From the IMG/VR virus record IMGVR_UViG_3300038393_000622, positions 1-59,854 of that record: a DNA stretch of 59,854 nucleotides. One strand, 5' to 3'. This document shows positions 37,226 through 45,813 of the stretch, one piece after another. The notes beneath the pieces are model-generated. The model saw only the letters and a list, made by a program, of their open reading frames with translations, had not been told where the DNA came from and made no database searches. The DNA comes from a virus. Lineage: Duplodnaviria; Caudoviricetes. Both the position numbers and the translations under genes were made by a program. Position 1 is the stretch's first letter. Each line of letters starts with the position of its first letter.

Positions 37226-37462
37226 TAGTTCCGCAAAAGCTCATCAGTAATTGGCGCTTCATAGTGATCCAAACTGTGGATAACTCTAAAATTGCGGAAC
37301 CAAAATCTGGCTGTAACCCGCATGGTTAAGCCATTTCTAATCAGCCTTCTAAGCTGAGGGTCGTAGGTTCGATTCCTACTGGGCAGGCCAATCAAATCAA
37401 GGTATTAGGTCGCTTATTCACAGGGCGCATAGTTCCGCAAAAAGCCACGTAGTTCCGCAAAA
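37226..37462. repeat. Integrase arm-type sites and IHF site of attP
   Basis: TAGTTCCGCAAAA at 37226, 37430 and 37450; inverted partial TTGCGGAAC at 37292; AATCAAGGTATTA (WATCAANNNNTTR) at 37395. Confidence 0.8.
37341..37390 (+). mobile_element. attP: attP core: 3' half of tRNA-Arg(UCU)
   Basis: Anticodon loop CTTCTAA, T-arm GTAGGTTCGATTCCTAC and 3' acceptor strand ending GCCA; no 5' half; next to the int 3' end. Confidence 0.9.
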
Positions 37463-37464
37463 TC

Positions 37465-38511
37465 CTACTTCACTGGTTTGACGACCTTGCCTCGACGCAG
37501 GTAATGGCGCTTGGTTGTGGTAACCGTTTCGTGGCCGAGTAGGTCGCTCGCCGCTTGGTCGCCGCTGTGTTCCGCGGTATCGTCAGCAGCCTTGGCCCGC
37601 AGGTCGTAGAACCACATTTTGCGAATCTCGGCAGCCAATTCCTCATTTCCGTTTTCCTCGGCCGCTTGGGCTGCGGCCTTCCTCGCGGCGACGAAATCGT
37701 TGCGGAGCATGGCCGGCGTCAACTTCTTCCCGTCCTCGTTGACGAGTAGGGCGGTAGAGACGATCTTGTGCTGCCGCTTGCGGGCGCGGATCCGTTCTAC
37801 GACGGAAGCGAGCTTGCCGATAATCTGGATGCGCAAAGGCTTGCCGGTTTTGTCCTGGCCCTTGATTTGCAATTGGCCTTCAGCGATGTCTCGCGCTTCG
37901 TCCAACCCCAGGCTGTCGCCCGGTCGCTGTCCAGTGAGGTATGCGATGTCGAGGGCATCCTGCAATGGCTCGGTGCCTTGCTCGTAGACGCGCGCCAAGA
38001 CCTGATCGGTAATGTAGACGGTCCGCTTTTTCAGCTTGTAGCCCTTGATGCCTGTGCGCGGATTCGTCAGGTTGGTGTAGCCCCAGCCGCGCGCATAGTT
38101 CCACATCGATGAGAACAGGCGCAGGCAGCGGTTCGCGGTGGTCGGCTTGTCGCCGTGCTTTTGCTTGAACTTCTCAAGGTCTGACGGTTCGATCGAGTCA
38201 ATCGGGGCCTTGCCGAAATACTTCCGAATATGAATGATGTCCGATTTCTGGACGCGGATCGTGCTTGTCGCGAGATTCGGCAATATCTCGGCTTCGTATT
38301 TGAGGATGACTTCGTTGAAAAGCGGATCGTCAGTAGGGCCGATTTGGTAGAGCTCGGCGTACTTCTTCAATGCGACGATGTAGTCGGTTCCAAGCGGAAT
38401 CTCTTTGCGAGGCTTCGCCCCGGTATCAAGAAAATAGTATGTGCCGTACTTGCGCACGCGCTTGCGCATATGCGGCGGCAGGTTTTGATGCGTTGATGGA
38501 CGACGGCCCAT
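37465..38511 (-). CDS. int: Tyrosine integrase
   Basis: TGQRPGD (R), QDKTG (K), YDLRAK (HxxR with Y), LLGH and RHY. Confidence 0.95.
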   Translation of the reverse strand: MGRRPSTHQNLPPHMRKRVRKYGTYYFLDTGAKPRKEIPLGTDYIVALKKYAELYQIGPTDDPLFNEVILKYEAEILPNLATSTIRVQKSDIIHIRKYFGKAPIDSIEPSDLEKFKQKHGDKPTTANRCLRLFSSMWNYARGWGYTNLTNPRTGIKGYKLKKRTVYITDQVLARVYEQGTEPLQDALDIAYLTGQRPGDSLGLDEARDIAEGQLQIKGQDKTGKPLRIQIIGKLASVVERIRARKRQHKIVSTALLVNEDGKKLTPAMLRNDFVAARKAAAQAAEENGNEELAAEIRKMWFYDLRAKAADDTAEHSGDQAASDLLGHETVTTTKRHYLRRGKVVKPVK

Positions 38512-38515
38512 ATTT

Positions 38516-38725
38516 TCAGTCTTCCGGAACCCATTTTCTCTTCACTGGTGGCGCGGCTGCTTGGTTCCTTCCTTCGATCGCCACGCGCGCCACCACTGGT
38601 TTACCGACGTCATTTACGTAGAACGGTATTCCCATTCTACGCAATGCGGAGATTTGCCTGGACTTTTGGGGGCGTCCGGTCAACGCGGTGATCTCGTCCC
38701 GGTCCAGAAAGGTTGAGGTGTTCAC
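38516..38725 (-). CDS. Putative excisionase (DUF4224-like)
   Basis: FLDRDEITALTGR...Q...L..MGIPF...G.PVV; directly upstream of int. Confidence 0.8.
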   Translation of the reverse strand: MNTSTFLDRDEITALTGRPQKSRQISALRRMGIPFYVNDVGKPVVARVAIEGRNQAAAPPVKRKWVPED

Positions 38726-39309
38726 CCTTTACCCTCCTTGGCTGCGATAGCGGCGCGGTCGGCGGCAAAGTTGCGTTGCTTCTCGCCCCATGCGTCGATC
38801 AGGGCGTAGAGGTTCGCCAGTTCGATGATATTGCCGTGCGAGCGCAATATTGCTGCCATAGCCTGCGGAAGGCCATCGCAGTCCACAATGGTCGGGCTGA
38901 AATGGCCAGGCCACGGAGCATCCCCTCCGCTCACCGTTCCCGCCGACTTGCTTGCTTTGATAGCCTCGATGCGCTTGCTCACCTTGCCAAAGATGACGCG
39001 GGAGCACCGCTGCGCAGTCTCGGCGGCGAACGGAGTATCTTCCCCGGCGCGTCGGAACAGCATGATCGTGGTGAAGATCTCATCCAGCAACACATCATCC
39101 GTCGCCCATACTGGCGCGGGAACGCTCGGTGCTGACTGGGTGGCGCGCTTGGCGGCATCAAGGATACTTTCCCACTCTGGCATCTTGAGAACCACATCGA
39201 GCATTTCACCTACAGCCTGTTTTGGCGCGAGTCCGCAGCAAAGCCGGTAGGCAAGAGATAGTCGGTTATGGATAACCAGCAGCTCCTTTTCGATGTCGAG
39301 CGCACTCAT
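38722..39309 (-). CDS. Hypothetical early protein
   Basis: Coupled overlaps in the leftward operon. Confidence 0.6.
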   Translation of the reverse strand: MSALDIEKELLVIHNRLSLAYRLCCGLAPKQAVGEMLDVVLKMPEWESILDAAKRATQSAPSVPAPVWATDDVLLDEIFTTIMLFRRAGEDTPFAAETAQRCSRVIFGKVSKRIEAIKASKSAGTVSGGDAPWPGHFSPTIVDCDGLPQAMAAILRSHGNIIELANLYALIDAWGEKQRNFAADRAAIAAKEGKG

Positions 39310-39635
39310 GCGGCACCGCCATTCCAGCTGCGTTCTGGCTGAGCGTCCCAGCGGCAGAAGCTGACGAACGAGTCGAAGCAGTCGCCGTATTCCAGGTATC
39401 GCTGGTAACGGGCTGCATGTCGGCTAGGCTTACGCACCGCGCCCATTTCTCCGTATTCCACGTCGCTGGTCGGGTGGCAGTTTGAAATCTCGCCAGGACG
39501 GTCGGCATCGAAGTTCACACCGATGTAGTTGCCACGATCCGCTGCGATGATGCCGGGCTTCCCGCCCACCACTACGCGCCTACCGATATCAGCCGGAACG
39601 CCGTAGTAGTCCCTCACATATTCGCAGGCCATCAC
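39306..39635 (-). CDS. Conserved-type hypothetical phage protein
   Basis: YVRDYYGVPADIGRRV...G.I..D.GNYIGV.FD..HPT. Confidence 0.7.
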   Translation of the reverse strand: MMACEYVRDYYGVPADIGRRVVVGGKPGIIAADRGNYIGVNFDADRPGEISNCHPTSDVEYGEMGAVRKPSRHAARYQRYLEYGDCFDSFVSFCRWDAQPERSWNGGAA

Positions 39636-40750
39636 GCACCACCTTTCTGGTCTTTGGCAGGATCGTCTGCGCTAGGAGCGGCAGCGATGTTGGCGACGGC
39701 GTTGGCGATGGCTTCGCGCAGCGAACTACCGGTGCCGTTAACGTAGAGCTGGAATGCATCTTTCTCGCCCTCCGTAGCCAGCGCATGGAACTCGGCCCGG
39801 CCAGCGGCATCGCGCATCAGCGTCACGCTACCCTTCTCAGCGCGGCCGCTTGCCACGGTCGAGAAGTCGGACGTGTAGAACAGCCAGCCAGCCGGGACAA
39901 CCTGCTCGACCTGCCCATCCTGCTCCGCGTCTGCTGCTCGGCCTTCTTCGATTTTGCGAGCCATGAGGCCCAGCACAGAGAAAAGGCAGTCGCGCAGCCG
40001 GTCATCCGCGCCAGGCAGTTGCCCTTGCAGATCAAGCAGGTTCACCACGCGGCGCAGGCGCGTTGCCTCATCGGTTCGCAGGCTTGCATCCTCACTGCCT
40101 GCTGCTCGTGCCTGTGCCAGCTTGGCGTTGATGTGGGCGATGAAGGCCGCGCGTACCCTGTCAAAACTCGCGCTGTACATGTTCTTGGTGCGCGCATCTG
40201 CGTAGTTCGCCAGCAGTTCTTGGAATTCAAGCGTGTCTATGTCCTCGGCGTCGCTGCCCATCTTGCGCAGCATGTGGGCGTGGTAGTCGCGGCGGTGCTG
40301 GAGAAGTTGCTGCTCGGTGTAGCCCGCCATCGGCACGGCGCTGTTGAGGCAGTATTGATGCGCCGGCAGTGGAAAATCATCGCCAGCGGCTGGGACGGAG
40401 ACTATGCGCCTGATGAATGTAGCGGCAGCGGCGCAATCGTCAAAATCGGGATCGCTCGACATGAGGCGATTGATTAGGCGATCAGCTTCGGCATTGCCGG
40501 TGTCGCCCTTCGGCTCTTCCACTACCTGATCGGAGACAACAGGGGCACGCTGATCGAATGGATCGAGCAGCTCATGCAGCAGCTCCTGCGCATCATGCAG
40601 GCACTGCAGCCCGTAGCCGTTCGTGCGGATAACCCACGGCTCGCAGCCGATGGCTTGGCCATGCACGCCAGTTCCCGGCTTTTTGCCGCCGTCCAGCGCG
40701 GCCAGTGCTTCGCAGACTTCGCGCGCTCGCTGTTTCAGTTCGTTACTCAT
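39632..40750 (-). CDS. Mosaic hypothetical early protein
   Basis: Coupled overlaps; modular Ala/Pro-linked segments. Confidence 0.65.
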   Translation of the reverse strand: MSNELKQRAREVCEALAALDGGKKPGTGVHGQAIGCEPWVIRTNGYGLQCLHDAQELLHELLDPFDQRAPVVSDQVVEEPKGDTGNAEADRLINRLMSSDPDFDDCAAAATFIRRIVSVPAAGDDFPLPAHQYCLNSAVPMAGYTEQQLLQHRRDYHAHMLRKMGSDAEDIDTLEFQELLANYADARTKNMYSASFDRVRAAFIAHINAKLAQARAAGSEDASLRTDEATRLRRVVNLLDLQGQLPGADDRLRDCLFSVLGLMARKIEEGRAADAEQDGQVEQVVPAGWLFYTSDFSTVASGRAEKGSVTLMRDAAGRAEFHALATEGEKDAFQLYVNGTGSSLREAIANAVANIAAAPSADDPAKDQKGGA

Positions 40751-41081
40751 CTGCGGTTCCTTTCTGGCTGGATGGGGTGGCCGGAGCGCTCACATGCATC
40801 GTGATCCCGAGCTGCTCCTGCACCACGCGAGCGATGTTCTGCTCGACTTCAGGTGTGATGACCATCGGCGCGGCGGCTGCCGGAACCGTGATCTTTGCTT
40901 GCAGGCTCGGGCGCTTGAACAGCGACTCCGGCAGGTTGACAGTCAACCAGATAGAGACTTCGTGCGGCTCGCAGCGCGGCTTCGTTTTGGCAATACGCAC
41001 CGAAGGTTTGCCATCGGTGAAGCCGGAATCCTTGAAATACTGGCCGACGATCAGGTAGAAGCCTGTCTGTACGAAGCTCAT
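40743..41081 (-). CDS. Hypothetical protein
   Basis: Coupled overlaps. Confidence 0.6.
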   Translation of the reverse strand: MSFVQTGFYLIVGQYFKDSGFTDGKPSVRIAKTKPRCEPHEVSIWLTVNLPESLFKRPSLQAKITVPAAAAPMVITPEVEQNIARVVQEQLGITMHVSAPATPSSQKGTADE

Positions 41082-42310
41082 GCCGGACCTCCCTGCTGCT
41101 CGTCCTGTTTGGATGGGGTGGCGGTCATGGCGGCGATTGCGGCGCTCGCCAGTTCTTCCAGGCGGTCGTCATCCTCGGCAACGAGCGAGAAGTCATCCGG
41201 CCCCATCGTGCCGTAGCTCCACGCCGACCATACGCGACCACAGTCGTAGGCATCGCCCAGCGCCTCGGCGATGGCATCACGCACGCGCTCGCGCATCGCA
41301 TCCTGTTCGCTTACGCTATTCAGGGGAGCGGCACCCTTGCCGAACTGCCGCGAGTCCATGAAGACAGCAAGCGCCTCGTACACGTCGATGGCGCAGCCGC
41401 CGCGTAACTGAACCATCATTGCGAGGTTGGCGATGTCCACCGGATCACCTTTCTCCACGTGCTCAACCAGCAGTTGGGCCAGGAATTCCACGGTGCACTG
41501 TGCGGAATCGTCCCAACCGCCTCGCCCCTTAGCGCGGGATTTCGCCAGTTTTTCTTTCATGAGCGCAGAGAAGCGGTCAACGGCCGCATCGTCAGGGTGC
41601 TGGCCATTCAGGGGAGCGGGTGCGGGCTGAGCGGCGAGTGCGGTCAGTGCATTTCGCACCTTCTCGTCAACGCGGTTTTCCAGCCATGCATCACGAGGCG
41701 GGTAGCTTGTCAGCATGATGCCGTGGCTGCGCTGTACAGCTTCAAGAGCCTCTTTCGCCAGCCGCACCGCCTCCGCTGCAACAGCAGTCGCTGCCGGTGC
41801 CGCGGCGGTGGCGCGGTGCGCCGCTGCCCACACTTCCTGGGCGGCCTTGCAGCAGCTTTCCATGTTCTCGATACCGCGCTTCACGTCGGCGGTGACGCCT
41901 TCATCCAGGTTTCGCAGCCACTGCAGGCCGTTGTAGGCTGTATCGGCCCATTCGTTGGCGACGTGCTTCCACGTGTCGATCAGGCTAGCTGCCGGTGCAG
42001 GCTCGGCGCTCGGCTGGGAACGGCGAGCAAGGGCGATCAGGGCGAGCATGGTGGGCGGATTAAACGCCGCAATGTAGCGCCCGAATTGCGCGCCGACTTC
42101 CTGCGCAATAGTCAGGCATTCCGTTCCATCCATCGTTTCCCATTCGCGCTTGGTGTAGACGTCTCCATATGGCAGAGAATCCCCGCCAACAACTTCGCCA
42201 CCAGCGACGCGGAACGGTGTTTCTGCCGCATCAAACTCCCATTCGCCCATAGATTCAAGCTCGCGGGCCAATGCTTGCAGCTTGTCCAGATCAATGTTCT
42301 TGTCGGTCAT
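41078..42310 (-). CDS. Ead/Ea22-like mosaic protein
   Basis: IDLDKLQALA...YIAAFNPPTMLALI; HPDDAAVDRFS...KGDPVDIAN module. Confidence 0.7.
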   Translation of the reverse strand: MTDKNIDLDKLQALARELESMGEWEFDAAETPFRVAGGEVVGGDSLPYGDVYTKREWETMDGTECLTIAQEVGAQFGRYIAAFNPPTMLALIALARRSQPSAEPAPAASLIDTWKHVANEWADTAYNGLQWLRNLDEGVTADVKRGIENMESCCKAAQEVWAAAHRATAAAPAATAVAAEAVRLAKEALEAVQRSHGIMLTSYPPRDAWLENRVDEKVRNALTALAAQPAPAPLNGQHPDDAAVDRFSALMKEKLAKSRAKGRGGWDDSAQCTVEFLAQLLVEHVEKGDPVDIANLAMMVQLRGGCAIDVYEALAVFMDSRQFGKGAAPLNSVSEQDAMRERVRDAIAEALGDAYDCGRVWSAWSYGTMGPDDFSLVAEDDDRLEELASAAIAAMTATPSKQDEQQGGPA

Positions 42311-42489
42311 GGTTGGACTTATCCTTGTTTGACTGGAACGGGACCGGCTTCGATTTGATAGGAGCAGTGGCACATGCGGCAGAACGTGCGAACCTTCTTT
42401 CCGGCGGTGCCGAGGCGGCGCGACACAAGAAAGCTGTGCCCCTTTGGGCATTTCACGCGGTCGTTGTAAGTCTTAGATTCGGTCATGGC

Positions 42490-42819
42490 TCATTCCCCTT
42501 TGGTGGTGTTCTTCTTGAGGGCGCGGATAGCGTCGGCCACCTGCTGCGGATCGCAATACGAACCGCCTGGCACAACGGCTATAGCCTCTTCCAGCACCTG
42601 ATTGCGCAGGTCATCACTTGCAGGCTGTGCGCTGACTGCCTGATATCTTCCGACTAGCGCGGACGCTGCGTTGCGGGCGGCTTGGTGACCCGGCTTGTAC
42701 CCGAAAGCCGCTGCCTGATGCGCCAGGCACTCTGGCGCGACCTCGCACGGAAGATTTATGATCGTCATGCACAAGTCGTCTGCGGCCGCAGTTGTTGCCA
42801 GATCATTGTTATCAATCAT
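42490..42819 (-). CDS. Hypothetical protein
   Basis: GGGGAG RBS; RNQVLEEA...ADAIRALK tail. Confidence 0.6.
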   Translation of the reverse strand: MIDNNDLATTAAADDLCMTIINLPCEVAPECLAHQAAAFGYKPGHQAARNAASALVGRYQAVSAQPASDDLRNQVLEEAIAVVPGGSYCDPQQVADAIRALKKNTTKGE

Positions 42820-42820
42820 C

Positions 42821-45424
42821 CTAGCTCCCCCTGGTCTGGCGAATGGCCCGCGCGATCATCACCATCTGCGTGCCGACGTCGTAGTTGCGGAATTCATCGT
42901 CGGTTGCGTGCGGTACGGTGACGTTGACCGATGCCGACTTGCTCGGGTCTTGCACGGAGGTTGCGGTGATCGTCACGGTGGTGTCGAGGATTTCGGCGCG
43001 CGGAGCGGCGAACATGCCGGATGCGTCGATGGCGCCTGCGGTGCAGGCCCAAGTGACGGTCGGATCGAAAGCGCCGGAGCCGGTAACGGCCTTGCTGAAC
43101 TTCTGCTGCGCGCCGCCGGTCACCACACTTGACCCGCCTACTGCGATGCTTGCAATCGTTACTGGTGCTGGTGCTGGTGTCGGCGCCGGTGTCGGGGCGA
43201 CGGTAGGGGCGGTCGTGGGCGCAGTCGTCGGAGCTGCAGTCGGCGCATCGGTAGGCGCAGTCGTCGGCACTGGCTTGTTCGCAGCCGCCACCAGCGAGCG
43301 CGGCACGATGGCAAACTGTGGAGAGTCCGTGTACGTCGGCTTGTTCGCGCGGCTACTGAACTGCGTCCACGCCTGCGCGCCGCCGGCGTAGCCGGAATCG
43401 ACAGCCATCGCCAGCGCGGGCTGATAGTTCGCTGGATAGCCTTGGCTGTCGCTGGAATAGCCCACCATTTCGTTTGCCTGGTATTTGGTCGAACTCTCGG
43501 AGTTCAGTTGCGCGAGGTATCCGGCGGTATTGCAGCCGGAATTGAGAAATGCAGTGTAGAGCGTTTGCGAGATCGACTTTTGGAAGCAGGTCGCTAGATC
43601 GTTGTACAGGGGCGACGCAGAGGTGTCGCGCACTTGCAGGCTGTACATGGTCGCTTGGGTCCAGCAAAAGCCCGGTGTGATCATGCGGCCGATCTGGAAC
43701 TTCGCCATCCACAGCACCAATCGAGCGGCACCAGCATGACCTAGTTCGGCGCAATGCCCGATCCCCTGTAGCCCGAAGTCCGCTTGAAACGGGCCTATAC
43801 CGACGTTGCTCTGGCCGTTCATCGGGTAGACGATGCTGTCGCCATCAACCAGAATGCCGAGTTGGTTGTGATTGCCGTCCACATACTTGGCTACGTAGAA
43901 ATTCACGTTGTTATCCAAGATTTGCAGAAACATGGACTTCGCGGGGTGAGTGTCAGGGGTGATGAAAGCCGCCTCACCAAGCGTACGCATCGACCAGCCT
44001 TGACCGCGCAGTTGGTCGCGGTTGATCAAGCCTTTTTCGTAGCTGCGGTAAGCCGGGTTGAAGTTCAGCGTGCAGTAGTTCGCCCAAAAGTGGAGCTCTT
44101 CGAGATAGTAGAAGTCGCCCGTAACGAGATACGGTATATACGCGAACGCGCCTTGGTGTGCATTGTCCGCGTGACCTGGGCTAGTGGTGGTCAGTGTAGG
44201 AAGTTTCTCGGTCTGCTTCGTGGCCGGATTCATGCAGTCGTTGACCGTGCCATACAAGCCGGCGTACGGGAAATGAATGACATCCAGCGGCTTGCCGGTT
44301 GCAGGACCGCCGGAATCGTCGCGGTAATGGGCAGACCAAGACCCTGCCGCATTCGCACGAGCCAGCATCAAATCTTTGGCCCGCTTGTCTTGCGATAGCA
44401 GCCACGCCGCGTGAGTGTCCGGTGCGATGCCGATTTCGGGCCTGCCGCCGGTGGATCCCATGTCCGGCGTGAAGCCGCCAAAGCCCATCGGCTCGTACTT
44501 GGCGGCGTTCGTCGTCAGCTCGCTCGCATACCCGGCGAGAACCGCCGGTTGCATTACGACGGACTGATCGTAGTTCGGCACCTGCATGGAGGCGATCAGG
44601 TACGGTACGTTGTAGCCGATGTGGACTTGCGGCTGCTGGCCGATCCACAGCGTTTTGCGCCAGCGGGTGAGTGGGTATTGCGTCAGTGCCAGCTTGGCGA
44701 AGGTGCTTGAGCCAGCCAGTAGCGCGACATCGTAGGTAACGTCCGCGATGGAGCTATAGGCCTTCGTGTGCTCGATGGAGATATCGACCTTGGCGGCGCT
44801 GGCTGCCGGATAGGCGCGGATGGCAAATTGCGCGGTCAGGGTAGGGTGTCCGTTGCCGGAGGCGTCCTTGAATGGCAGGCTGAACACGATTTCTTGGCAG
44901 GCCGAGCCGCTGAGCCATGTCTTCATGTCAGCCGGCGCGTTGGTGGATGCCAGCGCCTTTGCCGCGTCCGCGGTGTAGTTCACGCCGCCGCACAGGATGG
45001 TAGCCGAGGCGTTGAAACTCTTTGAGAGCGCAGCGGAATAGGGTGCAGCAACCGGCTGCGGCGTCGTCGTGCGCACCAGTTGCATAGTCATCACCTGACC
45101 TGCTTTCAGCGACGGAATAACGCCGCTGATGATTGCGTGCCGCACGGAGCCGTCAGGGTGCGTCGCTTTCGGTTCGAACTGGAGCGCCATGCCTACACAG
45201 GTAAGTGAATCGGTCGTCGCCAGGTCGCCTTGCTTGAACGGCTGGCCGAAGGTGAACGGTACGTTCGTCTGATCCGTGGTCGCGGTGCTGGTGAACGTCA
45301 CGCTCGTAACGGGCGCGTTCGGTGCTATGGCAGCATTTGCGAAAACAGGGGCGACGAACGGCGGGATTGTGACGGAAGGTGCGCCCACCGTTTGGCGGAG
45401 CGCGGTAGTGTCTACGGTCATCAT
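42821..45424 (-). CDS. Large polysaccharide-lyase-like protein with Pro/Thr linker and Ig-like domain
   Basis: NVPFTFGQPF..GD and HPDGSVRHA N-terminal beta domain; aromatic helical core (YLVTGD.YYLEEL, QLRGQGWSMR); PTTA repeats; VTW...GAIDASG.F Ig-like domain. Confidence 0.7.
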   Translation of the reverse strand: MMTVDTTALRQTVGAPSVTIPPFVAPVFANAAIAPNAPVTSVTFTSTATTDQTNVPFTFGQPFKQGDLATTDSLTCVGMALQFEPKATHPDGSVRHAIISGVIPSLKAGQVMTMQLVRTTTPQPVAAPYSAALSKSFNASATILCGGVNYTADAAKALASTNAPADMKTWLSGSACQEIVFSLPFKDASGNGHPTLTAQFAIRAYPAASAAKVDISIEHTKAYSSIADVTYDVALLAGSSTFAKLALTQYPLTRWRKTLWIGQQPQVHIGYNVPYLIASMQVPNYDQSVVMQPAVLAGYASELTTNAAKYEPMGFGGFTPDMGSTGGRPEIGIAPDTHAAWLLSQDKRAKDLMLARANAAGSWSAHYRDDSGGPATGKPLDVIHFPYAGLYGTVNDCMNPATKQTEKLPTLTTTSPGHADNAHQGAFAYIPYLVTGDFYYLEELHFWANYCTLNFNPAYRSYEKGLINRDQLRGQGWSMRTLGEAAFITPDTHPAKSMFLQILDNNVNFYVAKYVDGNHNQLGILVDGDSIVYPMNGQSNVGIGPFQADFGLQGIGHCAELGHAGAARLVLWMAKFQIGRMITPGFCWTQATMYSLQVRDTSASPLYNDLATCFQKSISQTLYTAFLNSGCNTAGYLAQLNSESSTKYQANEMVGYSSDSQGYPANYQPALAMAVDSGYAGGAQAWTQFSSRANKPTYTDSPQFAIVPRSLVAAANKPVPTTAPTDAPTAAPTTAPTTAPTVAPTPAPTPAPAPVTIASIAVGGSSVVTGGAQQKFSKAVTGSGAFDPTVTWACTAGAIDASGMFAAPRAEILDTTVTITATSVQDPSKSASVNVTVPHATDDEFRNYDVGTQMVMIARAIRQTRGS

Positions 45425-45438
45425 TAAGTCCTATCAGG

Positions 45439-45813
45439 TTAGACGGCGAGGTGGTCAATCTTGGCGTGTGTCGGTGCTGGCCCGAACAGCGCGGCTACGA
45501 GCGGATCGCGTTTGATACCGATCTGCTGTGCGGGAACACTTTTGCGCGTGCACTCCGCTTCGGGGGCAAGTTTCGGATCTGTGCCAAGTTCCCATTCCGA
45601 AGGGCCGAACGGCTTACGCTCCCAGGCATGGCGAATCAGGCGAAGCTCCCTGTGCATATAGTTGGCGTATTTCGCACCGGTCGATACCGGAAGGCCGACT
45701 TGCTCGCACAGGCTCTTGGTGGATGCGGTGCCGCCTTTTAGCAGTTCCAGCATCAGGTCGATGTAGTGCTCGCGCTCCTCGCGCGGCGCGGCGCGCTTGT
45801 TGTGGGTTCTCAT
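45439..45813 (-). CDS. Winged-HTH-like protein
   Basis: TKSLCEQVGLPVST...; C-terminal RDPLVAALFG. Confidence 0.6.
   Translation of the reverse strand: MRTHNKRAAPREEREHYIDLMLELLKGGTASTKSLCEQVGLPVSTGAKYANYMHRELRLIRHAWERKPFGPSEWELGTDPKLAPEAECTRKSVPAQQIGIKRDPLVAALFGPAPTHAKIDHLAV

Noticed and set aside
37341-37390. Functional tRNA-Arg gene
   Set aside because: Only the anticodon arm to the 3' end is present, with no D-arm or 5' acceptor strand. It is the att core.
43160-43270. Tandem 12-nt-like repeats as a DNA element
   Set aside because: Degenerate at third codon positions; they encode a Pro/Thr linker.
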